From Octopus vulgaris (taxonomy: Eukaryota), in NCBI GenBank assembly GCA_951406725.2, contig CATOCA020000008.1, positions 78,072 through 142,071 of the forward strand: 64,000 nucleotides of DNA. Direction: 5' to 3'. Position 1 is the first letter of the stretch; every line of letters begins with the position of its first letter. The notes beneath the pieces are model-generated. The model was not told where the DNA came from. It saw only the letters and a list, made by a program, of their open reading frames with translations, and ran no database searches. Shown one piece after another: positions 25,530 through 38,060 of the stretch. Position numbers and translations under genes: made by a program.

Positions 25530-26075
25530 CGAAGGGCCATTAACAAAGCTTCTCCATCGTAATCTTTTATTTGACTGATCTTCCCCACAACATCAAATTT
25601 GAGTCGAATTAGCAAATGTATAATCAACCGAATTATTCCTCAAGTAAGGAGTGAGGTTAAGCTTCTCCATGGGAATCATGCCGGTGGCGTCATCATTTGG
25701 TTCCCACTCCCTTTCTGATAAACTCCCGCACCCATTTCCTTCAATTTCTAATTACTATACTTCCGTATCACCTGACCTGTTAAATAAAGCCTTAATCTCT
25801 GTTAGAAAGTATGCACCTATCTCCTACTCTGACAGTTACATCATTCTGGCGGCTGGGAAAACACTAGGATAATTCGTCTGTGGATTTGTTTGATATAACC
25901 ATGGGTTTATCCGACTCCACTTAGCTTACTGACATGGTTGGCCTTTTTCTCCTTTCCCAGATTAATTAACACTTCCTCAATCTCTCCGGAGGTCTGTACA
26001 GGGATGACGCCCTCCTTATAGCCACCGGTTTATATCGACTATCACTCGAACGCAGCCGGAAAGCCCTCCACAGAT
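25530..26075 (+). mobile_element. Decayed Penelope-like RT fragment
   Basis: ISNYYTSVSPDLLNKAL, FDITMG, GGLYRDDALL; homologous to the PLE RT at 31610-32425. Confidence 0.7.
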
Positions 26076-26399
26076 TCTTGATGTTCAATATAAAAACGAC
26101 TTAGTGGCGCTCAGATGATTTGAACTTAAGGTCCAAAATCTTTAAATCCACGGAGTAACAAGTGGTTATAGAAAGAATCCAGGTGAGAAGATATGGAGAT
26201 CATGATGCAAGCAAACAACTAAAATCACCTGGGTTAGATATTCAAAATATGCATACATATATATATGTAAATAGAAAGATATCAATGACTGAAAAGATTC
26301 ATACTAAATGTTTCTATATTGAGCAACTCCGGATTTCAAATGTTGACTCTATACCCTTTCCTTGGCTGAGCGCTACTTATAGATCACACTTGTGGATAA

Positions 26400-26730
26400 A
26401 CGTTTCTTGGGTACATCTACAGAGAACATCCCAATTCTACCTAGGGATCTCTAAATGGAGCTCTTACTACAGAAAACAAACGACTTTATAACTCGAATGG
26501 GGTGGAGGGCTGTCTTCTATGATCTCAAATCCAATACCTCTAATCCCTTCGAGGACAAGAACTCTTACAATCGAAATATTCACAAAAATCACCCCTTAAC
26601 TCTGCACTGTCTAACTTTGAAAAAGACCTATTTCGAATGACAAAAATTATCGAGTTCTCTAATAAAACCAATTCTTTCCAGAAGGACCTCTCCAAGATTA
26701 TATGCAACATAAAGAATTCTAACAAAACAT
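26400..26730 (+). mobile_element. Decayed Penelope-like ORF N-terminal fragment
   Basis: LLQKTNDFITRMGWRAVFY resembles the F..RMRWK motif upstream of PLE RT. Confidence 0.45.
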
Positions 26731-26924
26731 CTGGTGACATTATCAAGTAATTCCGACCGCACGGAAAGAACTCTCTGACTTGTAATACCATAACTTCTCT
26801 CATTAATTTTCTATGTCTTTGACTTCAGTGTAAGTTTGTTCTGTTAATACATAAATATCTCTGTATTTATATTTGGATATTCATCGTCTAAATTTTTCCG
26901 TCTTTGTTTTTCTATTTACATGTA

Positions 26925-27200
26925 CAGTGGCGGACTGGCCTGGTTGCCAGCTTGCCCGATGGCCATTAGAATCCATATATGGGGACTCATGTTAGTATCT
27001 AAGGGACCCATCCCCTCAAGTTTGAGAATTTTTTTATTCACTCCTGGAAGAATGCATTAATTATTTCAGCCTGGCTGTGTTTGTAGACTGTTGAAAAGAT
27101 TACCTTTAAAAAAAATTGAATGATAGCATTGTAATTGCAGTTGCGGCTGGGCCCCCTTAGTCTCCTGGCAATCAATATTTTGAGACCCAACCCGCCAATG
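26925..27200. mobile_element. hAT-type MITE
   Basis: Termini CAGTGGCGGA / CCCGCCAATG; 8-bp TSD TACATGTA / TACATGTG. Confidence 0.7.
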
Positions 27201-27365
27201 TACATGTGTATATGTTTTGTATACCTAACTCAAGCGGTTTTATTTGTTTATTTGCATAATCTCTATGTGTATGTATGTATGTGTGTATGTATGTATGTGT
27301 GTGTGTATGTATGTATGTATGTATGTATGTATGTATGTATGTATGTATGTATGTATGTATGTATG

Positions 27366-27420
<55 letters not shown>

Positions 27421-27927
27421 CAATAGATAAATATGAGTGTGGATGATTGTGTATAAAATACATTAATCAATGAAATTTCAAATTTCACGTTTCACGTTTT
27501 ATTATTTGCAATTTTTACAATTTTACAATTTTAAAGTATTGAAATAAACTAGTACTTTCATGCATTACACGATCTTCAGATTAATATAGTGACAGTTGTG
27601 TTTCACAATTCACAACTGTATATATTGAGAAAAAGAAGGCAGTCAGTATTTTGGATAATTCTTTATTGGCCCTCTCATTCGTTTTTGAACTCGCCAAGAC
27701 AAAATCAAAATCAAAATGGTAAAAACAGAACGTTTTGTTGTTCCTTTATATGAATCGGATGTTTTTTGTTTTGTTTAGAAGGGGAGAATATTATTTTTGA
27801 TTTTTTTTGTGGGGGGAGGAGTGAGAGAAAGAAAAGCGAAGCGGAGGGGGTCGGATAGATAGATAGGGAGACAGGTTTCAGGACAATCAAGAAAGTGGAG
27901 AAAAAATAATAATAAAGACTGGGGAAA

Positions 27928-27985
<58 letters not shown>

Positions 27986-28332
27986 AGATACATACATACA
28001 TACATACATACATACATACATACATACATACATACATACATACATACATAGGTAGATAGATAGAGAGAGAGAGGGGGAGTCTTCTTTTCAATTCCGTGTG
28101 GTCAATTCATTGAAATTTCATCTCTGTTTTTCTTTCTCCTTTCTTCTTTTTCTTTTTCCATTGTATACTTATCAACATATTTGAAACTAAGCACATTTCC
28201 TCACAAGGGTTGGTTACCTTTCAAAGAAAGTAGGATGAAAGAAATGATAAAAATGAGGTTGCAGTTATCACAGAAAAACAAAAAGGAGTTCAAAGCCCTA
28301 TGAGAATGTATATTCTTCTACAATGTACCTTG

Positions 28333-28382
<50 letters not shown>

Positions 28383-28420
28383 CACACATACATACACACA
28401 TATATACATACATATATATC

Positions 28421-28458
<38 letters not shown>

Positions 28459-28604
28459 AAAAGCAATAAAGATTCAAGTTAATTTAAATGAATTTACTTG
28501 AATATGGTACCTAACTTAGATGCACCAAAAAAACTATACTGATTTAACAATACAGTAATGTGGGGTGATTATAAGCGAGAATGAAGCAACAAGAATGGAT
28601 AGGT

Positions 28605-28695
28605 TTTTAGTACAATCGTTTCATACAAGGACAGGTTTTATTAAAAGTTGCAAAAATTACAGCATATAAACGTGTCCCGTACTCATCAGCTAAAA
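28605..28695 (-). ncRNA. Hammerhead ribozyme motif in PLE 3' terminal repeat
   Basis: Reverse complement of 32662-32752. Confidence 0.75.
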
Positions 28696-30170
28696 TACAT
28701 GTGAGTTCTCTAGACATCCTAGTGGTTGAGGCTATACTCATGAAGTAATGTAGATAATTAAGTAACATAAACAGATTTCAAAAGTTCATTAAAGTTCTTT
28801 AAAGATGATGTACAGTCTTATCACAGAATTTTAAAAAAGTCTTAATAGCATCACAGAGAAGGTGACCTAATCCATAGTGCACATATGAATTTCCAGAGAT
28901 ATGATGAGGGATTACATACTCACAGAAGACAAATTTATCCATTGTTAATTACAACGAGGTGGGTTTCAATTCCTGCTTATTAGCATTACAGAGAGGGTGA
29001 ATTAATCCTTTGTATAGATGCACAATTTCCAATGGTGTAGATGTAAATTTCCAAGGAATTTCATATTCACAGGCGATAAATTTATCAATGGTTGAACACA
29101 ATGAGGTAGGTATCAATTCTTGCTATATGATTAGGTATTTGCCACATTAATCACATTACTGCTATTTACAAGAGGCTGTAGCTATTTAACTTTTAAAGGC
29201 TGAAGGGCTTACTAGAGCTGTATAGAATAGAAAAGGGAAGGGCATAGAAGAAAAGAGAGAAAATAAAGGAGGAGGGAGCAAAAGGGGGAGGGGGACTCAA
29301 AGAGAAGAAAAAAGGAAAAAGAGAATAAGAAGAAGAAAAAGAAAAAAGAGAAAAGAGAAAGAAATAGGGAAGGAAGGGAAAAAAAGAAAAAAAGAAAAAA
29401 GAAGAAAGAAGAAAGAAAAAGAAAAAAAGAGGGTTCTAGTCATACAGAAGAATTAGTAGACGGCAAGTCTTGTTTTAATTTACAGGCATCTAGGAATTAG
29501 AGGAGAATATTATTCTTTGACCAGTTAAAACAACTAATTTATTGCTGTTGAAATCAGCTATGAATTTAAAGAGAATCTAAAGAGATAACACAGTTAGGGG
29601 TTTAGGGGTCAGATGCTAAAATCACCAGAAAATACATTAGGAAAAACTAGGTATAATCTTATCACAAAGTCATTAAAATTTACTTATTTAATTTATTCAT
29701 TTTATTGTCTTAAGGAGTTGCCGTTATTATTCATACATTGACGGACTACAGGTCAAATCTTAGAAGATCATTTAAAAGGTGTTAGGGGATTGTCTATCAT
29801 AATGAAGATAATCATATTATCACCGAGGGAATAGCCTAATTTATTTAATTTTGAAATAGAATTATGGGTCTATAGTAACTCATTTTAATTAATTAGAGTT
29901 ATGCTAATTAAATTAGATTAAGTTAGGAATTAAAATTAAAAATTACAATTAAGATTTAAAATTAAGAATTTAAAAATTGTGAGTTTGAAATTAAATAAAG
30001 CCTCAATTAAGCAGCGAATAAGTGCTATTCATTTCCCTGTTCTCAAAAAACTGATGCAGATATAAGGAAAAAGATAACTGTAGTGTGAGAACTCTTAGTT
30101 ATCTACTTAAAGCAGTGCTATACCAGTAGAAATCAAGTTATATCTATCTATCTAGTTACGAATATTCTAA

Positions 30171-31379
30171 TCATTTAAAATATTTTAAAGTCTTCAATTT
30201 AGCGTGGACACAAACTTGACCTAGTTCGATATGGTTATTCAATAGGTTTCTATGTTTTCTATGCTTTAGAATTTCATATGTCTCCATGGAGCATAGTTGG
30301 CAACCAACCCTACTATTTTTATACGGAATTGCTCTCCTAACTATTTCCCAATTAAGGTTATAATTTTTATTATTATTTTTGAGTTCCCAGATTTTGTTTG
30401 AAAGTGTGGTGGTACCAGCTTTATGACGTAATTTAAAAGTCGAGATGTGATTTCTAACTCTGGCTAAAAAATTAATTGTACATCCAATGTAATAATATTT
30501 GTTATTCTCCGTGGATATGGTACATTTATAGGTTACATTATTTTCCCCACATAGACCAGGTGCCGGGCATTTTGATTTTATTCTACACTTACACACAGGA
30601 GGAACACCTTCAGGCTTTGGATTATTCTTGGGTAGATGTTTTAGGTTCCTATTATTTTGATTATCATTTCTATAGTTGGTGCTGATATCTAAAGTATTGC
30701 TATTATTTCTTGATCCTTCTGTTTCATTATTTAGATCTAAAGTCCTACCATGATTTCTTATATTATTGGTAATGTTAATATTATTGCTAGTCTTTTTATC
30801 CGACTGCATATTGTTGTTATAGATATCACTAATATTTTCATTCTCCTTATTTTCACTATTTTCCCTATTTCTATTATTTCTATTATTAACATTATTACTT
30901 CTATTAATATCGGCATTGCTATTATTACTATTAATGTTAATGTTATTAGTCATTCTGTGGTTACTAATTTCACCTATGTTTTGATAGTTACTATTGCTGT
31001 TTTTATTGTTGGTAGTATTATTACAATTGCTATTGGTATTCATGCTGATATTATTATTTTTATTTCTATCTTTCCTGGCTAGTTTAATGTTGTTATTATT
31101 AATCTTAGCTATTAAAGTAGACATATTTGGGAGGGTTGAATAAGAAATCCTAACTGTTTTCCTAGAAATAATTCTATGATATCTATGAGAGATAGGGAAA
31201 TTTTTTTCCAGAATCACTTTGAATTTGTTCTGTATATCCGATTGTATCGCACAGTTGAAAGGAATATTCAGCCATAATATATCTTTTTTATTAAATTTAG
31301 GGTTCGTAGAATTATTACTATTCATCTCACCGGAGTTATTGTATTTATTACCATTATTTTTATTTTTATTTGTGTGCAT
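30171..31379 (-). pseudogene. PLE ORF C-terminal part: Asn-rich linker + GIY-YIG endonuclease
   Basis: WLNIPF..ISYSTLPNM; CKCRIKSKCP..C; YKC..YYIGCT..RVRNH..LSNKIWELK..CQLCSME..CVH. Confidence 0.85.
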
Positions 31380-31609
31380 CTTAGGTTTATCTACTTCAAT
31401 ATTATCCGAGTTACCTATGTTCTGGTCAATGTTTCTATTTGAATTGTTGGGCCTGTACGCTAGATTAGCGTTTACCGTTAGTTTAATTCTACTTTTATTT
31501 CGGGCTTGGTCTTTATTGCTGCTTACGTGATTATTGATAACTTCATTATTAGGAATACGTGAGTTCCCCTTATCAACGAATGTAATCTTTTGGTTGTATC
31601 CAGCCTTAG

Positions 31610-32425
31610 TTAACGCCGCATTATAATGCTCAGAATGGGAGTAAAAATATCCTTATTGGATGATAATTTTGAAATTCTTAATGAAATATTTCTTACTAAA
31701 GATTCTATAATATTTGGGGGATGATTTGATAATTTATTTACGTAATTCGTGATTTCACCTTCCTTTCTAAATGGGTAATGTAGCTTGGAGTTAAGGTCTA
31801 GCGTAATATCTAGGAAATTAACTATTTTAGTGCCCGGTTCATACGTTATACTGAGGTTGAAATCCCTAAAGAACTTATTAATTTTCTTTCTAATCCTTTC
31901 TATAACAGATTTATTATTACTAGGGATAACAAACAGAGAATCATCCCTATATAGACCCCCCTGTAATTCTGGGATATCCTTGCTTATGCATTTTAATAGA
32001 TATGCGCCTACTAGGTTGGTTACCTCAGCCGAATCACTGGAACCCATTGGTATATCAAAAAAATTAGGTGTATCTGCTCTAGTCCATAATTTATCTTCAA
32101 ATTCTATAAATGTCTTCCTAGCTAGTAGCACAATATTGATTTCTTCTTTAGATATGAGGGAGCGATTCATGGCAAATATTAGTGATTTGTTGAGTAAGAT
32201 AGGGGAAATGCTAGAGTAATAACTATTAATATCGAACTGAATAAAGGACAGACTACTAGTATTAGTTAGAGAGTTAAACCATTTTAGAACTTCATCGGTA
32301 CTTAGCCATAGGTTTAAGGGGAGAGGAGGGGTTATTTGGGGTAGAACAGTATCCAAGATAGATTTACTAAGTCGGCCAATGTCCGACTTAGTTGGACAGA
32401 TCAGCCTTACCGAAGGGTTTTCCAA
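31610..32425 (-). pseudogene. PLE reverse transcriptase (5'-truncated, frameshifted)
   Basis: NPSVRLICP, FDINSYYSSI, FDIPMGSSDSAE, GLYRDD, VNFLDITLD, SNHPP. Confidence 0.9.
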
Positions 32426-32661
32426 GAAGGGTTTTCCATTTTTAATCCCTCATCATATCTCTGGAAATTCATATGTGCACTATGGATTAGGTCACCTTCT
32501 CTGTGATGCTATTAAGACTTTTTTAAAATTCTGTGATAAGACTGTACATCATCTTTAAAGAACTTTAATGAACTTTTGAAATCTGTTTATGTTACTTAAT
32601 TATCTACATTACTTCATGAGTATAGCCTCAACCACTAGGATGTCTAGAGAACTCACATGTA

Positions 32662-32752
32662 TTTTAGCTGATGAGTACGGGACACGTTTATATGCTGTAA
32701 TTTTTGCAACTTTTAATAAAACCTGTCCTTGTATGAAACGATTGTACTAAAA
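32662..32752 (+). ncRNA. Type I hammerhead ribozyme motif in the inverted PLE terminal repeat
   Basis: TTTTAG-CTGATGA-GTACGGGAC..GTCCTTGTAT-GAAACGATTGTA-CTAAAA; stems I and II pair. Confidence 0.75.
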
Positions 32753-33351
32753 ACCTATCCATTCTTGTTGCTTCATTCTCGCGTATATATATATATATAT
32801 ATATGAAGATAAACTTATATATATATCTATTCGCGCACGCACACACACACATATGGAGAAAAGAAGTGTATGAAGTGTATTCCCACGCAATAGTGAAAAT
32901 AGAAGAATTTGTTTATGCAAGTTGAGAATGTACTTGAGAAATACAATGCGTGGTATTTTTCAATTTTGTAACAGATTTACTAAAATAATAAAACAGCTTC
33001 GACAATTTTTCGTTTTTCAATTGTCAATAAAAAATGTTTAAGTACAAAGGGAATATGCGGAAAAAAGCACGCTTAAAACATCATGTGTTCGTACAACTTC
33101 CTATATTTTATAAGTTTCACAGAGATAGACAGTAATACAAGTTCAAATGTTCGATGAATTTCATAACAGTCATACATGACCGATAATTCAGTAACACGCA
33201 CACACACACACACACATATGGATCAAAACAGAGCCATACATGTAACTCTTGATAAATGTGTTGAGCGCCCTACTTTCATTTGTCCACTCACTCGTGTGTG
33301 TATGTGTGTGTGTGTGTATACATACATACTACATACATACATACATATATA

Positions 33352-34485
33352 TCTATATATATAAAACTCAACTTGTGTGTCTGTGTGTGTATCTGTGTGT
33401 GTGTCTGTGTATTTAACTTCCCGGCACATCTCCTCCTAGCCAACAAATCGTAGAACCACCAAAAATGGGTCACTTAAAGTTTAGGCGACTGAAAATTGAA
33501 CTGCGCTATTTCTGTTCCGAAATTCACCTCGCAAGTGCAAAAATCGATAATGTTGGTTCACCACGCATGCAAGCATGCGTAAATTGCATGAAAAATAAAA
33601 AATCTCTCTCTATATAAACGGCAGTTTGTCTGTGCGTGTTTCTGTGTGTCTGTTTGCTTGTACCCTCACCCTGACCACGGCTTTCAACCGATTCTGATGA
33701 AACTTGACACACACGTAGCCCAATGTCATAATTCAAAACTAACGCAGCGAAAATTTTGAAAAGTTCCTCCAGTTCTGAAAAAAATCGATAAATTCGACAT
33801 GGGGTCGAGAATCAGGAACACAAACCACAAACTGTGTAGGGGACGCAACTCCACCTTTTTTAACTATCAAAAAAAATTTACCATCATATTTTTCCATTTT
33901 TTTGCTGTTTTTTGGCTATAACTCTCTAAAAATGCTTTATAGTTATTTCCCTTACAAACCTGAGCAACGCCGGGCGATACTGCTAGTCAAGATATAAAAA
34001 CGAATTGCCGTAAACATTGTAGAAATTCGGCAAAGAAATGAATTTTCGGGATGTAGCCTGGAGGGCTTTTTCGTATTAATCGTTTGGACTTTGTGAACAC
34101 ATACCAATTGTTTTCATAACATTTTTAACGCTTTAAATTAATTGCGTTGAGTCTGCAGTTTGAATCACTTTAACCAAATTTTAGCAGGCCGAATTTTTGA
34201 TCATCACGATATATCGCCAGCGACTCCCTGAAACTCTCACCTGAAATCCCCGTTGAGAAATACTGATCTAAAAGAATAATTCAACAATGCAATTATTTGA
34301 TCAACAAAAATTTATGAAACGCTTCTACGTACTTCCTATTGAGGAAATGGAACACATAAGCGCAAAACTAGAGGGCATTAAATGCTTGATTTTAAAACCA
34401 AATTAATTGAATTTTGATTGAACTTCATCCAAGTTTAGCTTAATTCGTGCGTGCATAGAACGCACGAGCCGGGCATTACTGCTAG
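33352..34485 (+). mobile_element. Non-autonomous Helitron (outer)
   Basis: 5' A|TCTATATATATAAAA; 3' hairpin CGTGCG..CGCACG then CCGGGCATTACTGCTAG|T. Confidence 0.6.
33603..33986 (+). mobile_element. Non-autonomous Helitron nested in the outer one
   Basis: 5' A|TCTCTCTCTATATAAAC; 3' CCTGAGCAACGCCGGG..TGCTAG|T; no TSD. Confidence 0.75.
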
Positions 34486-34510
34486 TATATATATATATAT
34501 ATATATATAT

Positions 34511-34790
34511 AAACAATTGCTTCGTGGAAGGTGTTTATAAGCCATTTAAAACACACACAAAAAACCTTTAGATTCACTTCAACATTTAAGTTTAATTTGT
34601 CAAAGTATTTTCGTCACTTTGAGACCGCGACCTGTTCACTGACAGCATGGAATTTTGTCAGTGAACAGGTCGCGGTCTCAAAGCGACGAAAATATTTTGA
34701 CAAATTAAACTTAAATATTGAGGTGAAACTAACGGTTTTTGTGTGTTTTTGAATGGCTTATAAACACCTTCCACGCTGCAATTGCTTTTG
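34511..34790. repeat. ~280-bp foldback hairpin element
   Basis: ~134-bp inverted arms (CAATTGC..GACCTGTTCACTGACA / TGTCAGTGAACAGGTC..GCAATTG) with a ~11-nt loop. Confidence 0.9.
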
Positions 34791-34863
34791 TTTCAGCTCA
34801 CGATCTCAGATCAAGTCTCTTGCGATGCAAGTACATCTCATGTATATATATATATATATGTTT

Positions 34864-35730
34864 ATACAGTTTGCGTAAGGTATTGGAGGATATACTATTT
34901 TTGGGTCATTGCTGCATTTTTTGCTAACTCTGTATAATCTTTGTTTCAGAAAATAATAATGGCAGACCCTCAGCTTACCCGAGAAATGAAGAGGCATGCT
35001 GTTATTGTGGTTATAAAGGCTGAACATGACGATTTAGAAATATCTTTATTTTTAAAAGTTGTCGGATCTTTTTAAAAGTTGTCTACAAAGTTTGTAAGGA
35101 ACTAGAGACTGAAGATGGAAGCATATCACCAATATCAAAGCGTTTTAAATGCTCTGAAATCATCAGAGCACCCGAATTTATCCAGCAAGTTCAACAGACC
35201 ATTTGTTACAATCCCAGAAAGTCCATGAGGTCAATTGCAAAAGATCTTCATGTGTCAGAAGGAACAGTTAGAAATGTTGTCCACGAAGACATCAGGAAAG
35301 ATCAATTTGTCAGAAAAAGCAAACGAAAATCACTCATCACATCTAAAAGGTTCTTAACAAATTGAAAAATCCAGCAGAAGATTTGATTTGGTTTTTCTCA
35401 AACGAGAAAAACTTCGACCTGATCAAAAAAGTTAACAAAAGAAATGACAGACTTTTATGTGCAGACCCTTCTGAAGTTCCATGTGTTATGCATACAAAAT
35501 TTCCTGCAACTGTCATGGTTTTAGGGGTTGTCAGTAATGAAGGACATATGATGCCTCCTTTCCACAAGGCCTTAAAGTTAACTTTGCCGACTACATTGAG
35601 GCCCTGGAAATAATTGTTAAGTTCTGGATAATATGCGATTTCGCGTTGCACTGGTTCTGCGAGTTGCACTGGATAGAAAGTGTATGCAATGGAAGGCCAT
35701 ATCTGTTTCAGTAAGACTCTGCACTATCAC
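34864..35730 (+). mobile_element. Decayed Tc1/mariner-superfamily (DD37D/maT-like) transposase remnant
   Basis: NPRKSMRSIAKDLHVSEGTV (HTH), WFFSNEKNF, TKFPATVMVLGVVSNEG, GRPYLFQ*DSA. Confidence 0.8.
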
Positions 35731-36208
35731 ACTCAAGCTAAAACTTGAGAACTACACAAGCTAAAACTTGAGAACTACACAACCAATTCCATTCAAATTT
35801 TACACATGCCTTACTTAGGGTCCATGTAGTTTCATGTTCAACTTCTTGCCTAGAGCGAGCTCATAGCAATATCATATCTTCTCCACTATTTCAGTATTAC
35901 GTGTTAAAAGTGAAACAAAAACGTTTCTCTATTTTATGTCAGATACTTTCACTTTAACAATAAAAAAATAATAACAATTGAATTATATGTAGTAAGTAAT
36001 AATTAAAATCAAACTAAAGTAGAATATAATCGTAACAACAAAAGTAAAAATAGCAATTGGTATAAAATTGCATCAATGACTTGAACTTGAATAAGTGGTT
36101 GTACATGAATGGGAATAAATTAAAAATATAATTAGCGTGCAGAAATGGAATAGTCCAGATGGATAATAAAAAATTAAATTAAAGAAAAGACTATTGTCTA
36201 TAAAGTAT

Positions 36209-37875
36209 ACAATGTAGAGAAAAAGAAGATTGAACGGCGGTGTTTTTTGCGCTCTGTAAAATTCGGTTGAAAAGGAAAAAAGAACAAAAAGTGAATTGTG
36301 GTTGTTGCGGAATTGGAACGTCGGTTGGTGCGGTTTCGCGTCGCACTGGTTCTGTGCGTCGCACGTTTTCTGTTCGGGAGGCCGTTTTTCGGTCTGAGGC
36401 GACTATGAGCCGCCTCTACCAAACGGATGAGATGGAAGGGAGAAATTTCTCTGAAAATTCGTCGACATCTGAGGAGGAAAGCACCTACGCAGGTATAACG
36501 AAGAAGTCAACAGAAAAAGAGATAGACCTGGCTAAGTTGACGGACTTCCAGGAGTTCATGAAGGAGGAGGAGAACGGAGAGGTTGAGCTGTTGCCTCTAG
36601 CAGGGCGCGGAGACTGGTTCCATCGTAGAACCATTAAATATAAAGTATTTATGAATGGAGGTAGAAAAATGGAAGTGATTAACATGGAAGCAATTGAAGA
36701 GGCTCTCAAACAGACAGGAGAAGAAATTGTGTACATGACAAAAGGATTACAATGTGGAACCATAACGGTACAATTTAAAAGTGAGAAAGCAGCCAGGAAT
36801 GTAGCAGCCAAGGTGGTGAGTACAGAAAAGATTTACTTGTTCCCCTCGTATTTGAATAGAAGGACCACCAGAATTAGGGTGGTGGGAATACCTCCACACC
36901 TAGAGGGCGAATTAATAACGGCTGCGGTTATCAAAGGAAATGAAGATAAAGTGGACATCCTCCACGCCATTATGAAATATGAGGGCTGGAGAGGCGTAAC
37001 AGTGGAGCTGAACGTACAGGCAGAGACCGAGGTACTGGTGGACCTGACGGAAAGCATCAGACTGGGAGAAGTGATCATGAGAGTGTGGGTGGAGGGCAGG
37101 GCTCCACGTTGTTACAAGTGTGGCCTGAGGGGTCACATAAGAGCCTTCTGCCCTCCCCCCAGGGAAAGAAACGGATTCCGAACCAGAGAGAGAGAAGCAG
37201 AAACCAGAAGAGAAGGAAACAGAGGAAGAGAATACACAGAAATGGAAGGGAGCTGGAAGTAAGAGGAAGAGAAGAATTCATGGAAAAGAAAATAATATGG
37301 AACTCCAATCTACCCCAAACCACCCACACCCTCTGAGTCCCACCCTATCCATGCAGACATTGAACCCACCCGCTCCCCCCAACAAGAAAACAAAAGAAAA
37401 AAAATTAACACATACACAAGAGATTGAAATCGAACCCAGGCCGTACATTTGTACTATGACTGAACAGAAAGAAGTTAAAAGTCTAATGGAAGAGTATAAA
37501 TGGTATGATGTTGGAGAGACTAGGTATGCTGTGATTGAAAAGAAGAACATAGGTGAGTTTATGGGGAGGTGTGAAAGGGAGAATTGGGAGGTGAAAGATA
37601 TAAGAATGAGCGATGAATTCGTGGAAGATATGGATGAGTATTTCGGAGTAAGAATGGATATGGAATTTATTCGTATTGACAAAGAACATTCAAGTGACTA
37701 TGAAAAACAAAGGACAGGTAAGTGATGCTGACGGACGGGGCCGTTGGTATCACTTTCATTTATCATTTTTCGTTTAACAATTCATGTTCATAAAGTTTAA
37801 TTATAATGTTCTATGTCCCCATGTTTTGTAATGTCCCCCTCTTCGTTGGCCCCTTGTGGGTAATAAAAAAAAAAA
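36209..37875 (+). mobile_element. Unit 1: chimera with B-type 5' half and A-type 3' half; frameshifted ORF1
   Basis: 5' matches unit 8 up to ~36980, then matches units 2-4; ORF fragments 36405-37262 and 37297-37725. Confidence 0.85.
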
Positions 37876-38060
37876 TTCGAACAAGTTTTTTCCGGTCGTT
37901 TTTTTTTCGGCTCCTGAAATTCGGCTGAAAAAAGAACAAAAAGCGTTGTTGTTGTTGTGGAAATTCTGAACGGCGTTGACGCGGTTTCGCGTTTCGCTCG
38001 TTCAGCGCGTTACACTTTTTCTGTTTTGGCGGCCGTTTTCGGTCTGTCAGACAGAAGGAA

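Larger units (their letters stand above)
28455..32782 (-). mobile_element. 5'-truncated Penelope-like element with RT, GIY-YIG, long 3' region and inverted terminal repeat
   Basis: RT ORF 31610-32425; GIY-YIG ORF 30171-31379; 28575-28914 is the reverse complement of 32443-32782; (TA)n flanks. Confidence 0.92.
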
